DNA of 64,000 nucleotides from Nostoc sp. (GCA_036918135.1 JBALDB010000015.1:192001-256000); one strand, 5' to 3'. Positions 18,711 to 28,850 are shown, counted from the first letter of the stretch. The notes: generated by a model from the letters alone, not told the origin. Numbers and translations are program-made.

Positions 18711-20927
18711 ATGAGCCAAACATGTCCTATCTCCAAGACTTGTGCTTGTTATAATATAGTGCGCTGCCATACTGGGGAAGTAGGCAGGCTCTTTCTTTGG
18801 TTCCCCGTTTCACATACCCTAGCAAAAGTCACCTCATATTTAAAGCAGTTAGGCGTTGAGTATGAACTGATGCACCAGCGACCAGGGCTGAGTTGGAACT
18901 CTAAACGCGGACAAGCTCAGGAAATTGCCCGTAACTTAGCTCAACTCCTCGCACCAAGAGAATTAAGAGAGACGCAAGTCCTTTTTATTCAAGGTGCTAT
19001 CCAACCTCAACTCCAAGATTTTAGTGACATTGCCTCATTGCAACGGTTTATTAAGTTCAGTCAGTCGGATTGGTTAGTCGAAATGTTGGCAAGCGAACGA
19101 TTCACTAATCACTTTCAACCGATTGTCTCGATTCAAGATACATCCCAAATTTATGGATATGAATCGCTATTCCGAGGGCTGGATGAACAAGGCAATTTAG
19201 TGCTACCTGAACCAATTCTGGAGTTAGCAAGTGAAGCCGGACTCATACCACAACTCGACCGAGTTGCTCGCCTCAACACAATCAAGCAATTTAGCCGCCA
19301 TCAAGTAAGTGGGCGTATTTTCATCAATTTTGCACCAACAGCGCTTTATGACCCTGTTTATTGCCTACGCAGTACGGTAGAGGCAATCGACCGAGCAGGC
19401 ATTGAACATCACCGGGTTGTCTTTGAAGTCGTGGAGTCAGACAATCCTCAAGATATAGCCCACCTGAAAGCTGTAATCGAATACTATCGCGATACTGGGT
19501 TTTTAGTCGCTCTTGATGACCTTGGTTCTGGCTATTCCAGCCTCAACTTGCTGCATCAATTACGTCCAGATTTTATTAAGTTAGATATGCAGTTGATTCG
19601 TGATGTGCATCAAGACCTATATAAAGCCTCAATTACTGAAAAGCTTCTAGAGATTACTCAAAAATTAAATATCCAAACCGTTGCCGAAGGAATTGAGTGC
19701 ATTGAGGAACTGAACTGGCTGCGAGAACGAGGCGCAACCTTTGCTCAAGGCTATTTAATTGCCAAACCAAGTGCCGTGCCTACCACTACAACTCCTCACT
19801 TTGATACCCTAACATTAAGTGTGGCATCGGTATCTCGTAAGGAGATTGAGCAGCGCGGTCAACACCAAACCCAGTTCGAGCAAATTGTCGCAGCTGTTAC
19901 CCAGCGCATTCGCCAATCGTTGGAGTTAGACGAAATTTTGCAAACCACAGCAGACGAGGTAAGACAACTGTTTGAGGTAGAGCGAGTAGTGATTTATCAG
20001 TTTAAGCCAGACTGGAGTGGGTTAGTTGCTGTAGAGTCATTAGCAGAGGGTTGCATGTCCATTCTCGGATTTCACGTCATGGATACATGTTTTCAATCCA
20101 CGAGGGCGATTTACTACCAACAAGGCAATAGCACAGTGATTGAAGACATTGAAACTGCTGGACTATCGCCGTGTCATGTCGAGCTGCTGCGGAGTTTGCA
20201 AATTCGGGCAAACCTTGTGACACCCATCTTGCAGCAAAAGCGTTTATGGGGACTATTAATTGCTCACCAATGCTCTAATGCTAGACTTTGGCAGCAATCG
20301 GAGATTAACTTGTTTAATCAGCTGGCAAGTCAAGCTGCGATCGCCATTCAACAATCAGAACTTTACCACCAATTACAACAAGCAAACCAAGAATTACAGC
20401 GCCTTGCTTCTTCAGATGGTCTCACCCAAGTTGCAAATCGCCGCTGTTTCGATCACACCTTCAACGCCGAGTGGCAAAGATTGGCACGAGAGCAAGCTTC
20501 ACTATCTTTGATTTTGTGTGATGTCGATTACTTTAAGCTTTACAACGATACTCACGGACATCTGGCAGGAGATGATGCACTCAGACATGTTGCCAAGGCA
20601 ATCTCTCAGACAGTTAAACACCCTACTGATTTAGTTGCTCGCTACGGCGGAGAAGAGTTTGCAGTCATTTTACCGAATACTGATGTCGAAGACGCCATTG
20701 CAGTTGCCAGAGAAATCCAGACTAATATTACTGCATTACAATTGCCTCATCCGAATTCTCAAGTCAGTGAATTCATTACCCTCAGCCTTGGGGTGGCAAC
20801 TATCACTCCTGAGAGTCAATCATCTCCTGCAACCTTAATCGCAGCTGCTGACCAAGGACTTTACCAAGCAAAAGCACAAGGGAGAAATTGTGTGGTCAAG
20901 ATAAACTGTGAAAATGCTCGAGCTTGA
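18711..20927 (+). CDS. EAL - cyanobacteriochrome-type GAF - GGDEF protein (c-di-GMP phosphodiesterase/cyclase)
   Basis: EAL motifs FQPI..YESLFR, FINF, EVVE, LDDLGSGYSS, KLD, AEGIE, QGY. GAF with DTCF and CH. GGDEF with DVDYFK and RYGGEEF. Confidence 0.92.
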   Translation: MSQTCPISKTCACYNIVRCHTGEVGRLFLWFPVSHTLAKVTSYLKQLGVEYELMHQRPGLSWNSKRGQAQEIARNLAQLLAPRELRETQVLFIQGAIQPQLQDFSDIASLQRFIKFSQSDWLVEMLASERFTNHFQPIVSIQDTSQIYGYESLFRGLDEQGNLVLPEPILELASEAGLIPQLDRVARLNTIKQFSRHQVSGRIFINFAPTALYDPVYCLRSTVEAIDRAGIEHHRVVFEVVESDNPQDIAHLKAVIEYYRDTGFLVALDDLGSGYSSLNLLHQLRPDFIKLDMQLIRDVHQDLYKASITEKLLEITQKLNIQTVAEGIECIEELNWLRERGATFAQGYLIAKPSAVPTTTTPHFDTLTLSVASVSRKEIEQRGQHQTQFEQIVAAVTQRIRQSLELDEILQTTADEVRQLFEVERVVIYQFKPDWSGLVAVESLAEGCMSILGFHVMDTCFQSTRAIYYQQGNSTVIEDIETAGLSPCHVELLRSLQIRANLVTPILQQKRLWGLLIAHQCSNARLWQQSEINLFNQLASQAAIAIQQSELYHQLQQANQELQRLASSDGLTQVANRRCFDHTFNAEWQRLAREQASLSLILCDVDYFKLYNDTHGHLAGDDALRHVAKAISQTVKHPTDLVARYGGEEFAVILPNTDVEDAIAVAREIQTNITALQLPHPNSQVSEFITLSLGVATITPESQSSPATLIAAADQGLYQAKAQGRNCVVKINCENARA

Positions 20928-21083
20928 GCTAGCATCTTCAAATCCTTTTGTTGTCAAGCTGCATCTTCCTTTTGATTATAATTTAGCTGCCAAATTTACT
21001 CTTCTTTAGATATAGAATTAGACAGATTTATCAAGATTAAAAGATTAATCTTTAGGAGGTCAGCCCCTTCGGAGAAGTCAAAA

Positions 21084-21136
21084 GTCAACAGTGAGCGAAG
21101 CCGAACTGTTGACCCTGAGCGAAATCGAAGGGTCAA
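21084..21136. repeat. Two overlapping short dispersed repeats (core GAGCGAARYCGA with target-derived stems)
   Basis: GTCAACAGT-GAGCGAAGCCGA-ACTGTTGAC overlapping TTGACCCT-GAGCGAAATCGA-AGGGTCAA. Confidence 0.75.
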
Positions 21137-21151
21137 AAGTAAGAACCACTA

Positions 21152-21251
21152 AAATAAATTTAGGGGCTTGTAACAAGGACGCCGTATTTCTTACGTTGCA
21201 CGTCTCGAAATACATTTTTTCTTTTTCCATAAATAAATTTAGGGGCTTGTA
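21152..21251. repeat. 21-bp exact direct repeat AAATAAATTTAGGGGCTTGTA
   Basis: Copies at 21152..21172 and 21231..21251. Confidence 0.8.
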
Positions 21252-21531
21252 CCTTATTCTTTCTGGCCGCTTAAGTATCCTATTTGAGTTGTGAAATGAG
21301 TAGTGGAGGTAGGCAATAAGGAATAGACACTTTTGCTATAAATTTTTTGACAAATGATTTAGGATTGCTATAGTCACATAATCATTAACAAAAATGACAC
21401 AAATGAACTAATTTTTATATCAAATATTTTAATTAAAACCTTTCAAAATATAGAAGAAAGATATCAAGGTATAGCATTACCTGGCATTTCTGAAAATCGT
21501 AAAAGTCAAAATTTTGATTAAAAGCCTTTAA

Positions 21532-22194
21532 TCATCGAGCATTTGGAGTATTAGGATTAGATTGCTCTCTCTTGATAGCATATGCATTTTTTGATTGCCC
21601 AACAAAACCCAAAGTTACTCGTTTCATAATCCAATACAGTCCAATAAGTATCAAAAAAGTGATAGCGATAATTACCAATGGCTGTTTCCCAAGAATTTCC
21701 TCGACACCTTTGGTGAGTACGGCATCAGGTTGAGTAATAAAATCCCAGCTGTTAAAACGCAAAAATCTTCCCCAATAAACACCAACAGCACAAAGAGCAT
21801 GGGTAATCAACTCAAAGCGCCAAATCCATTGACTCTTACCAATGCGATGTAAGTAGTAACCCCAATTAATTAATGATATTACGTAAGCTTCAATTCCAGC
21901 AAAAATTACTAGCAAATACACAGGAATTAGTACTAAAGTAATAATCCATACCGATTGGATCGTGCGAATATCATCTATTAAGTGAATTACATCGGTTAAT
22001 AAATATGGTGCATTGGGTAAGAATGCATAGAATACTAAGAATCCCAGCCACCACAGCCAAGTACCACCACGCTTAATGCGAAATAGCCATACACTTAAAG
22101 CTAAAGGTATAAAAGCCAGAAATAAATTCCAAGTCATCCAACTCATATTAATTCGCAAGACCTGTACAACTCTGGCTATCAATTCTTCTTTCAT
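21532..22194 (-). CDS. DUF1361 family membrane protein
   Basis: WNLFLAFIP, FLPNAPYLLTD, GRFLRFNSWD. Confidence 0.85.
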   Translation of the reverse strand: MKEELIARVVQVLRINMSWMTWNLFLAFIPLALSVWLFRIKRGGTWLWWLGFLVFYAFLPNAPYLLTDVIHLIDDIRTIQSVWIITLVLIPVYLLVIFAGIEAYVISLINWGYYLHRIGKSQWIWRFELITHALCAVGVYWGRFLRFNSWDFITQPDAVLTKGVEEILGKQPLVIIAITFLILIGLYWIMKRVTLGFVGQSKNAYAIKREQSNPNTPNAR

Positions 22195-22643
22195 AGGTGC
22201 TAACTCAGAAGACGTTTAATCGAACTAAATCTATTTTGTAGTATTAATGTTAACCTGAGTGATTGACTGATAAAGTTTGTGTAGTCCCCAAGAAAATTTA
22301 TTTTTTCCAACACCAGACAAGATTTTTTCTCAGTTCAAAGAAAATACACACTGATAAATGTCCCAAACCTAGAGTTTTTGTATTTTTCATCTTGGGTAAT
22401 GAAATTTATCAATCAATCAGCTTAAGCCACTAGTATAGCTAGAAAATCATTAGGGTAAAATCTACCAGAGAAAGGAAGTCTGACCAGTAAAACGCTACAA
22501 AATAGCTGATGGTGGACTTTTTGAATTGGAATATTACCCCGTCCTGGCTATTATATAGATTTTCTTCTGCCTTGCAAGAGTTCCAGAAGCACCTAGAAGT
22601 TTTGAGAATAGAAAATGGGAAAAGGTTTTTTGTTATTAAATAT

Positions 22644-23960
22644 CTAACGCACTAGCACTCGACTGCGGGGGCCTACCGCTTTGGCTGAAGAAGGTTTTGT
22701 ACACTTGTTGACAAAATCTTTTGAACAAGCAGCTTCAACTAGGGTTGCAGGGTTGACAAGTATTTGATTGACTGGAGAATTACCATTACTGAATTGCATA
22801 TTAAATGTAGGAGATAGTGATGGAGTAGACCTAGATGTCTGGGTTGTAGTCGTCGGCGAAGCGATCGCACTACCACTATCAACGATTGGTGCAACATTTA
22901 TGGCGTCACCACTATCAACGATTGGTGCAACATTTATGGTGTCAGCACTATCAACGATTGGCGCAACATTTATTGTGCTACCACTATCAACGATTGGTGC
23001 AACATTTATGGTGTCACCACTATCAACTATTGCTGGGAGAGTGGGTGTGCTACCACCACTAACTACGGGTGCGGGAGTCGGTGTGTTACCACCATCAACT
23101 ACTGGTGTAGGAGTGGGTGTGTTACCACCATCAACTACTGGTGTGGGAGTGACGAGAGTCGCAGTTGCAGGTACTTTAATTGTCAATCTTGCTAAAGGAG
23201 AGTTAGTCATTTCCAAAGATGTCACCTTTGGCGAACCTGGGAGATCCGATTTGAAATCGAAGACTGTGGGGGTTGCACCACCATTGCGAGCGCTATATCT
23301 GACTCCATATCCACTGACTTCAAAAGTTCCCTGATACTGGTTTCGAGTATTTGGGTCAGTAACAGTACCAGTGTATAAGGCTTTTGTCAGATTAAATTCA
23401 TCCTGAACTACTCCTTGAAATGTAGTTCCTGCCAATCTTCCCTGGTATTTATAAGCTGTCAACTCCCCGTTAGAGAGAACGGGTGAGGTGAGAACGCCGT
23501 TGAAGGAGACAATCGGAATGCCTTTAAAGTCAACAAAATAGTGCAAACTACCATCATTACGTGTTTGCACTTGCACATAGTCTGACTTGTATATAGGAAC
23601 GTAATTAGGATTGTTTTTAGTACCTAAATTCCGTGAGTAAGTCCCTGTGTCATCCGTATCAACACGAGTAATGCTTTGATTGAAATTGGGATTAATGCTG
23701 GGAAGTTGAATAGTACCTGATAATGTCCCAGTACTTTGAATTGTGATTTGAGCTAAAGCAGTTGTTCCACCCAAACCGATGATGATTGCGGCTAAACTAC
23801 TGCTGCTAACAACTGCTGCAAACAACTGAGAGAATTTTGAATTTTGAGATTTTGCGGAAAGTCTCAGCCGCAGCTTTTGCCAATCAGAACTTTCCAAGAC
23901 GGATTTTTGAGTGTCGTCAAAACTTCTGGAAGTAGTATGAGTTGATGGATGTAATCTCAT
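22644..23960 (-). CDS. Uncharacterised exported protein: beta-rich domain plus 12-aa repeat stalk
   Basis: AAGGAG RBS. Hydrophobic segment ending ALA-Q, a T/G/Y-rich domain, then TPTPVVDGGNTP and INVAPIVDSGD repeats. Confidence 0.75.
   Translation of the reverse strand: MRLHPSTHTTSRSFDDTQKSVLESSDWQKLRLRLSAKSQNSKFSQLFAAVVSSSSLAAIIIGLGGTTALAQITIQSTGTLSGTIQLPSINPNFNQSITRVDTDDTGTYSRNLGTKNNPNYVPIYKSDYVQVQTRNDGSLHYFVDFKGIPIVSFNGVLTSPVLSNGELTAYKYQGRLAGTTFQGVVQDEFNLTKALYTGTVTDPNTRNQYQGTFEVSGYGVRYSARNGGATPTVFDFKSDLPGSPKVTSLEMTNSPLARLTIKVPATATLVTPTPVVDGGNTPTPTPVVDGGNTPTPAPVVSGGSTPTLPAIVDSGDTINVAPIVDSGSTINVAPIVDSADTINVAPIVDSGDAINVAPIVDSGSAIASPTTTTQTSRSTPSLSPTFNMQFSNGNSPVNQILVNPATLVEAACSKDFVNKCTKPSSAKAVGPRSRVLVR
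22872..23150 (-). repeat. 36-bp coding tandem repeats (about 8 units, two sub-types)
   Basis: ccactatcaacgattggtgcaacatttatgg.gtca about 4 times, grading into gtgttaccaccatcaactactggtgt.ggagt units. Confidence 0.9.
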
Positions 23961-24098
23961 AAAAATTTGCTCCTTTAATCACCTAGTAAAATATACGCAT
24001 AGGTTTTTCCTTACTCCCATTAAGGAATGAAAGTATTTAACTACTGAAAACTTCAGTAATTAAAAAGCATATTTAAATACATTTACAACAGTATAAAA

Positions 24099-25961
24099 TT
24101 AAAACCGGAAAGTTGCTCTTAATGCTCCAACTACTAAAGCATCGTTAGCTGCATTGCAATCGGGATTGAAAATGACGAATAAGCCTGGAGTCAAGGCAAT
24201 ATTGTCACTCAGTTGGGCGCGGTAAAAAAGTTCTAGATGAATTGAGGTGTCACTACGTCCGCCTGCTGTCCCTCCATCAGAAAAGTTAGGAAAATTAAAT
24301 CCCTCAGGTAAAGTACTAGAAGTAATTTTTGGGGGTTGTCCTACAAGAAAGCCTCCTAAATTCCCACGACTGAACAAATTGGGAAAAGCCGCGAACACCA
24401 TCCAGTTAGTAGTTTCCACACTTCCAGAAAGATGGGATGGTTTGGAGGAAGTGAAGCCACCCCAACCACCCAACTGCAAGTTAGGGTTAATTCGCCAAGC
24501 AACGGTAGCACCAATTGCTTGGGTATCGAAAGCTGTAGTCGGTGCAAAAGGCGAAATCAGTTGAGCATCGCCGATACCAGTTCCCAGTAAGCCATCTGGA
24601 GAGTGGGAATAAAGATAATGCACCCCGATATCGATGTCATTAGTAGGTGCAAAACTTAATTGAGTTCCAGCAGTAAATCTACCGCCAAATAATCCGCCTT
24701 GTTTGCTGTTGCTAGGAAAACTAGGAATTTCTGCACTGTAAATACCTTGCCAACTAATGCGATCGCTAATTTGCCAGTCAAAACCTATACCACCACTGCC
24801 ATTACCAATGCCTAAAATCGGGTTACGCTGACCAAATAGAGAAATTGCACCGTCGCTAGAACCCTCTAATGGGTTAATACCGCGAAAGGTGTTAATGGGG
24901 TTGACTCCCGCTGTACCAACGACGATTCCCAAGTTATTCGAGACTAAAAATCGATAAGATAAATCACTAATAACTAGATTGTTGTCTGTATTGGACTCGA
25001 ATCCCAACCGCCCCATATTGGTATATACCAACGATGCAGTAGAAGTGAAATTACCAGCAGACAACCCTGTTAAGAGCAAATCTCGCCCGGTAAATGAAGT
25101 TGCTAAGGTTAGTTGGGCGCTACTAGTGAAAGTCAGATTCGTTTTTCCTTGGCGTTCAGGTACTCCATCTCTAGGAAACAAATCCACATCGGTGCTATTG
25201 GTTCCCTGAACGCTGAAAACAGCTTGACCATATAATCTGGTAGTTGTAGAAAACCGATTGTTTTGTAATTCACTTGTCCGCTTTTCTACAACCTCGACAC
25301 GCTGCTGTAATTGTTGCAACTCTGCTTTGAATTCACCTTGCAACCTTTGCAGCAGGATTAAATCTCGATCGTTAACAGTCTTAAGTTTATTGTTAGCGAT
25401 CGCTTGGTTAATTTTCTCTAGGCAAGCATTTAAACTAGCGACAAATTCATAACGGCTGATAGTACGATTCCCTAGATAAGTACCATCAGCATATCCTTCA
25501 GTGCAGCCATAGCGTTCTACCAAAGACTGCAAAGCACCAAAAGCCCAGTCAGAGGGTTGCACATCCTCAAGCTGTGATACTGAGGTAAGTTGAGACATTG
25601 GGTTGTCTGAGTCTGGAGAATTAGAAGATTGCGAGAGGGGGGAATGGGAAGAATTTTTGTCAGCTTCCTCTGTTATAGGTTGTGTATTTTTTGATTCAGG
25701 CAAATTAGAAGAACTTATAAATTGAATTTTTTTTCTAATTTTTCTCAGTATATTTTCGTACTTATTTTTTACAAACATTGAGGTGGTTATATCTGGCTGT
25801 ACGAATTCAGGTGGTGTAATTTCTGCACGCGGGATTACTTGAGATAAATTTTTCTGTGTTGATTGCTGTACCAGGTTATCTGGCTCAAGTATAGCCTGTT
25901 CTGGTACATGAAACGCAGATATTGGTGCTGTTGCTAGCACACTTGCTATCAGTAGACTCAT
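24099..25961 (-). CDS. SLH-domain outer-membrane porin (OprB / iron-uptake porin family)
   Basis: SQLTSVSQLEDVQPSDWAFGALQSLVERYG (SLH), coiled coil, FSTTTRLYG, and a C-terminal LRATFRF. Confidence 0.93.
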   Translation of the reverse strand: MSLLIASVLATAPISAFHVPEQAILEPDNLVQQSTQKNLSQVIPRAEITPPEFVQPDITTSMFVKNKYENILRKIRKKIQFISSSNLPESKNTQPITEEADKNSSHSPLSQSSNSPDSDNPMSQLTSVSQLEDVQPSDWAFGALQSLVERYGCTEGYADGTYLGNRTISRYEFVASLNACLEKINQAIANNKLKTVNDRDLILLQRLQGEFKAELQQLQQRVEVVEKRTSELQNNRFSTTTRLYGQAVFSVQGTNSTDVDLFPRDGVPERQGKTNLTFTSSAQLTLATSFTGRDLLLTGLSAGNFTSTASLVYTNMGRLGFESNTDNNLVISDLSYRFLVSNNLGIVVGTAGVNPINTFRGINPLEGSSDGAISLFGQRNPILGIGNGSGGIGFDWQISDRISWQGIYSAEIPSFPSNSKQGGLFGGRFTAGTQLSFAPTNDIDIGVHYLYSHSPDGLLGTGIGDAQLISPFAPTTAFDTQAIGATVAWRINPNLQLGGWGGFTSSKPSHLSGSVETTNWMVFAAFPNLFSRGNLGGFLVGQPPKITSSTLPEGFNFPNFSDGGTAGGRSDTSIHLELFYRAQLSDNIALTPGLFVIFNPDCNAANDALVVGALRATFRF

Positions 25962-26186
25962 ATCATTCCTGGTATTTCATTTGACTTGCACCAACATTTC
26001 TTTTGACAGATAAAGTTGGTGTGTATCAGGAATATTTTGAAAAAAGGAGTGATAAAAATTACTTTATTTCTCAGGTATCGGCATGTTAGCGAATGATTGA
26101 GAAGTGGGGAGCAGTGGGGAAGTTGTAACAAGTCTTTCCCCTGTGGCTCATCCCCATGCCCTATTTGCTCAATGCCCCAGATAGAA

Positions 26187-26669
26187 TTATTCAGGCTGGC
26201 TACAATACTTATTCATTTCATCGACTAAGGTATCTGACTGCTTGCCTATGGTTTCAGCATCTGTGAGGGCTGAGTCAATTTCGGTTCTCGCTTTTTGAAT
26301 TGTCTCCCTACCAGCTGCTGAGTCTTGGGCTGTTTTAGTTGCATTAAGTGCGTTACCTGACTTGGCGATCGCTTGACTGAGATTGTGGAAAATCTTGACA
26401 AAACTGCTTTGATATTCTTTCAATTTGGGGTCTGTTAAATTCAGTTCCTTAATCGATTTAGTAATAAATTCCAAATCTTTAGACAGTTGGATACTGGTGG
26501 TCACTTGTGTTGCTTTATTTTGATCTATCTGTGAGGTTCCTTCATTGACAAGTCGAATTAGTCGTTGGCATTGAGAAACTTTATTTTCACTGCAACTAGT
26601 AATGAACAAAGCAATACTCAGGCAAATAGGAGCAAAAACAGTATATTTGTGTGAAATAGACATTAACAC
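26187..26669 (-). CDS. Hypothetical helical lipoprotein
   Basis: Lipobox-like FITSC followed by a helical domain. Confidence 0.7.
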   Translation of the reverse strand: MLMSISHKYTVFAPICLSIALFITSCSENKVSQCQRLIRLVNEGTSQIDQNKATQVTTSIQLSKDLEFITKSIKELNLTDPKLKEYQSSFVKIFHNLSQAIAKSGNALNATKTAQDSAAGRETIQKARTEIDSALTDAETIGKQSDTLVDEMNKYCSQPE

Positions 26670-26864
26670 CCCAACAACAATAAAACCGAGAAGATAGTAT
26701 TCAATATTATGAGTTAAAGATAATAACTGAGTAGGGGGTGATGAATACAGAAGTCTATGTGATTCGTAATTGATAATACTTGCCTGGGTGTGAGAAGCAA
26801 ACTATGTGTTTTTCATAATTAGAATCGAGTGGGGGGCTTAGGCGATACACCGATTGTCGCCAAA

Positions 26865-28850
26865 TTAAGAAACATGCACTGCAACTGGAACGGTAAAATG
26901 AAATTTGCTACCCTGATTTTTCCCCAGAGACTCAGCCCAAATTTTGCCTCCCAAATTATTGATAATCCGACGACAAATTGCCAAACCAAGTCCAGCTCCA
27001 CCTACAGTCCGTTGCAAGAATCCTTCTTCCTGATAAAAACGCTCAAAAATAGCTTCTAGACGACTCGGTTCAATGCCGCGACCTGTATCTGCAATAGTAA
27101 CTTTTAACACAGATGTATTTGGGGAATTTTCTAAGGCTCGGTCAACTTCTTCTGGATACAAAAGGTCAGCATGAATCGTGACTTGTCCGCTCTTGTCGGT
27201 AAACTTACAGGCATTATCAAGTAACTTTGTTAAAACTTCAATCAGTCCTTCTCCATCTACCTGGATGGGCGGTAAGTAATGGGGCAATTCTACGACAATT
27301 TTGGGTAATTTTTGGCAAGATTTAAGTCCGCTAAGTGCTAAATCGAGGTATTCTTGAAGAGATATTGGCTCTAGTTGCCAGCGCACTAACCCACCCTCTA
27401 AGCGAGATAGGGTAATAAAATCTTGAATTAGTTTACGTAAACGGTCGGCATCGTCTAAGGCAGCTTGCAACATCGTCTGTTGCAACTCTAGCGGCATTTG
27501 TGGTTCTGTAACTAAACTCTCTAAGCAAACGCGGATCGTAGATAAAGGAGTACGCAGCTCATGTCCAACGATCGCAATCAAGTTACTTTGGGTGCGCTCC
27601 AAGTCTACCAGTTGACGATTAAGAGTTTCTAAGTTGGTATAAGCCTGTGCGTGCATCAAAGCAACTCCAACTTGTGTAGCGATCGCCTCTAATAAAGCTA
27701 TCTCATCCTCTGTCCACAGATGAGCCTCTGGCTGATGCAGTTCTATCATTCCCAGCCAAGTCCCCTGATAGCGAATCGGCACCAGTATGCAAGCACGGAT
27801 CTGCCAGCGCAGCAGTTGGACTTTTAAGTCTGGATGCGACTGTAAGCCAAAATCCTGGTTGATATCAGCAATCGCTATAGTTTCTGACTGATTTTCGCTG
27901 TGAGTTTGACTTGACACTAAAGCAGTTTGAAACAGTATATGACTTGCCAATGACCAAACTTCTCCCTTCAAAGATGGCAATTTTGCAGGTAGTGACTCAT
28001 AAGCAATTCGCTGTTTTTGACTCCCTGGTTGATAAAGATAAACCAGACACCGACAATCACTAAAAACTTGACCTAATTCTCTAACACTAACAGTTAAAAT
28101 TTCTTCTAAATTAAAAGAGCAGCGAATAGCAGTGGCGATCGCATTAATCGAACGTTCTTTGCGCTCTTTACTAGCTATGGTACGATAAGCTTTCAGTAAC
28201 CTGTATTGACTAGCTTGTAAATATGTGACTAAGCGATTGGGGAATAGTCTCAAGTCTATTCCTTGCATTTTATTTGTTGATCCTTGCACTGCCGATTCCC
28301 GCAATAGTCGATAACGCCTGTGTGCTTGCTCGATTTTCGGGGCTAATTCTGGTCGATAAGTTAGAATCCGCTTCAATAAAAGGCGGGCAGCCTGAATACA
28401 AACCTGGGGATCGAATGTCCAAATTCCCTGAAATTCTGTTGTTTGGTCTAGGGATGCTGAATCTACAGGTGAAGCATGTTCGCGACAAATCAGGCACGCT
28501 GAATATAATTGACCAATTACGATTAAATGCCATTCCTGAGCTAATTCGTCACTAGGGGCAAAAGGGATGGTTGCATAAGGGGCTGAAACTATCCCAAAGT
28601 CACTCTCTGGTGCAGCTAACACATAAACCTGGTCTGTATGCTGAGCAATTTTTTCATAGCGAGGAATCTCCTGGCGATAAAAACGCTCCTGTTGAAAATT
28701 TGCAATTACAAGAGGTCGATCCCTCGCAGCCAGTACCAGGTCTTCTATTGCATGACAAACAGCCGTTAATGAAGACTTGAAATAAATTTGAGGTTGTAGA
28801 TCTGGTAGAACTTGGCACAAATCTTGCAACAAGGAATTCGAGACACTCAT
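26865..28850 (-). CDS. DICT-GAF sensor histidine kinase, Hik2 paralogue
   Basis: YFKSSLTAVCHAIED...FQQERFY (DICT), GAF, HELRTPL, LLDNACKFT, DTGRGI, GAGLGL. Colinear with 32908..34917. Confidence 0.9.
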   Translation of the reverse strand: MSVSNSLLQDLCQVLPDLQPQIYFKSSLTAVCHAIEDLVLAARDRPLVIANFQQERFYRQEIPRYEKIAQHTDQVYVLAAPESDFGIVSAPYATIPFAPSDELAQEWHLIVIGQLYSACLICREHASPVDSASLDQTTEFQGIWTFDPQVCIQAARLLLKRILTYRPELAPKIEQAHRRYRLLRESAVQGSTNKMQGIDLRLFPNRLVTYLQASQYRLLKAYRTIASKERKERSINAIATAIRCSFNLEEILTVSVRELGQVFSDCRCLVYLYQPGSQKQRIAYESLPAKLPSLKGEVWSLASHILFQTALVSSQTHSENQSETIAIADINQDFGLQSHPDLKVQLLRWQIRACILVPIRYQGTWLGMIELHQPEAHLWTEDEIALLEAIATQVGVALMHAQAYTNLETLNRQLVDLERTQSNLIAIVGHELRTPLSTIRVCLESLVTEPQMPLELQQTMLQAALDDADRLRKLIQDFITLSRLEGGLVRWQLEPISLQEYLDLALSGLKSCQKLPKIVVELPHYLPPIQVDGEGLIEVLTKLLDNACKFTDKSGQVTIHADLLYPEEVDRALENSPNTSVLKVTIADTGRGIEPSRLEAIFERFYQEEGFLQRTVGGAGLGLAICRRIINNLGGKIWAESLGKNQGSKFHFTVPVAVHVS

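Noticed and set aside
22768..23334. 188-aa plus-strand ORF, and a possible CRISPR reading of the 36-bp repeats
   Set aside because: The ORF is the antisense shadow of coding repeats. The units are contiguous with no unique spacers, and there are no cas genes.
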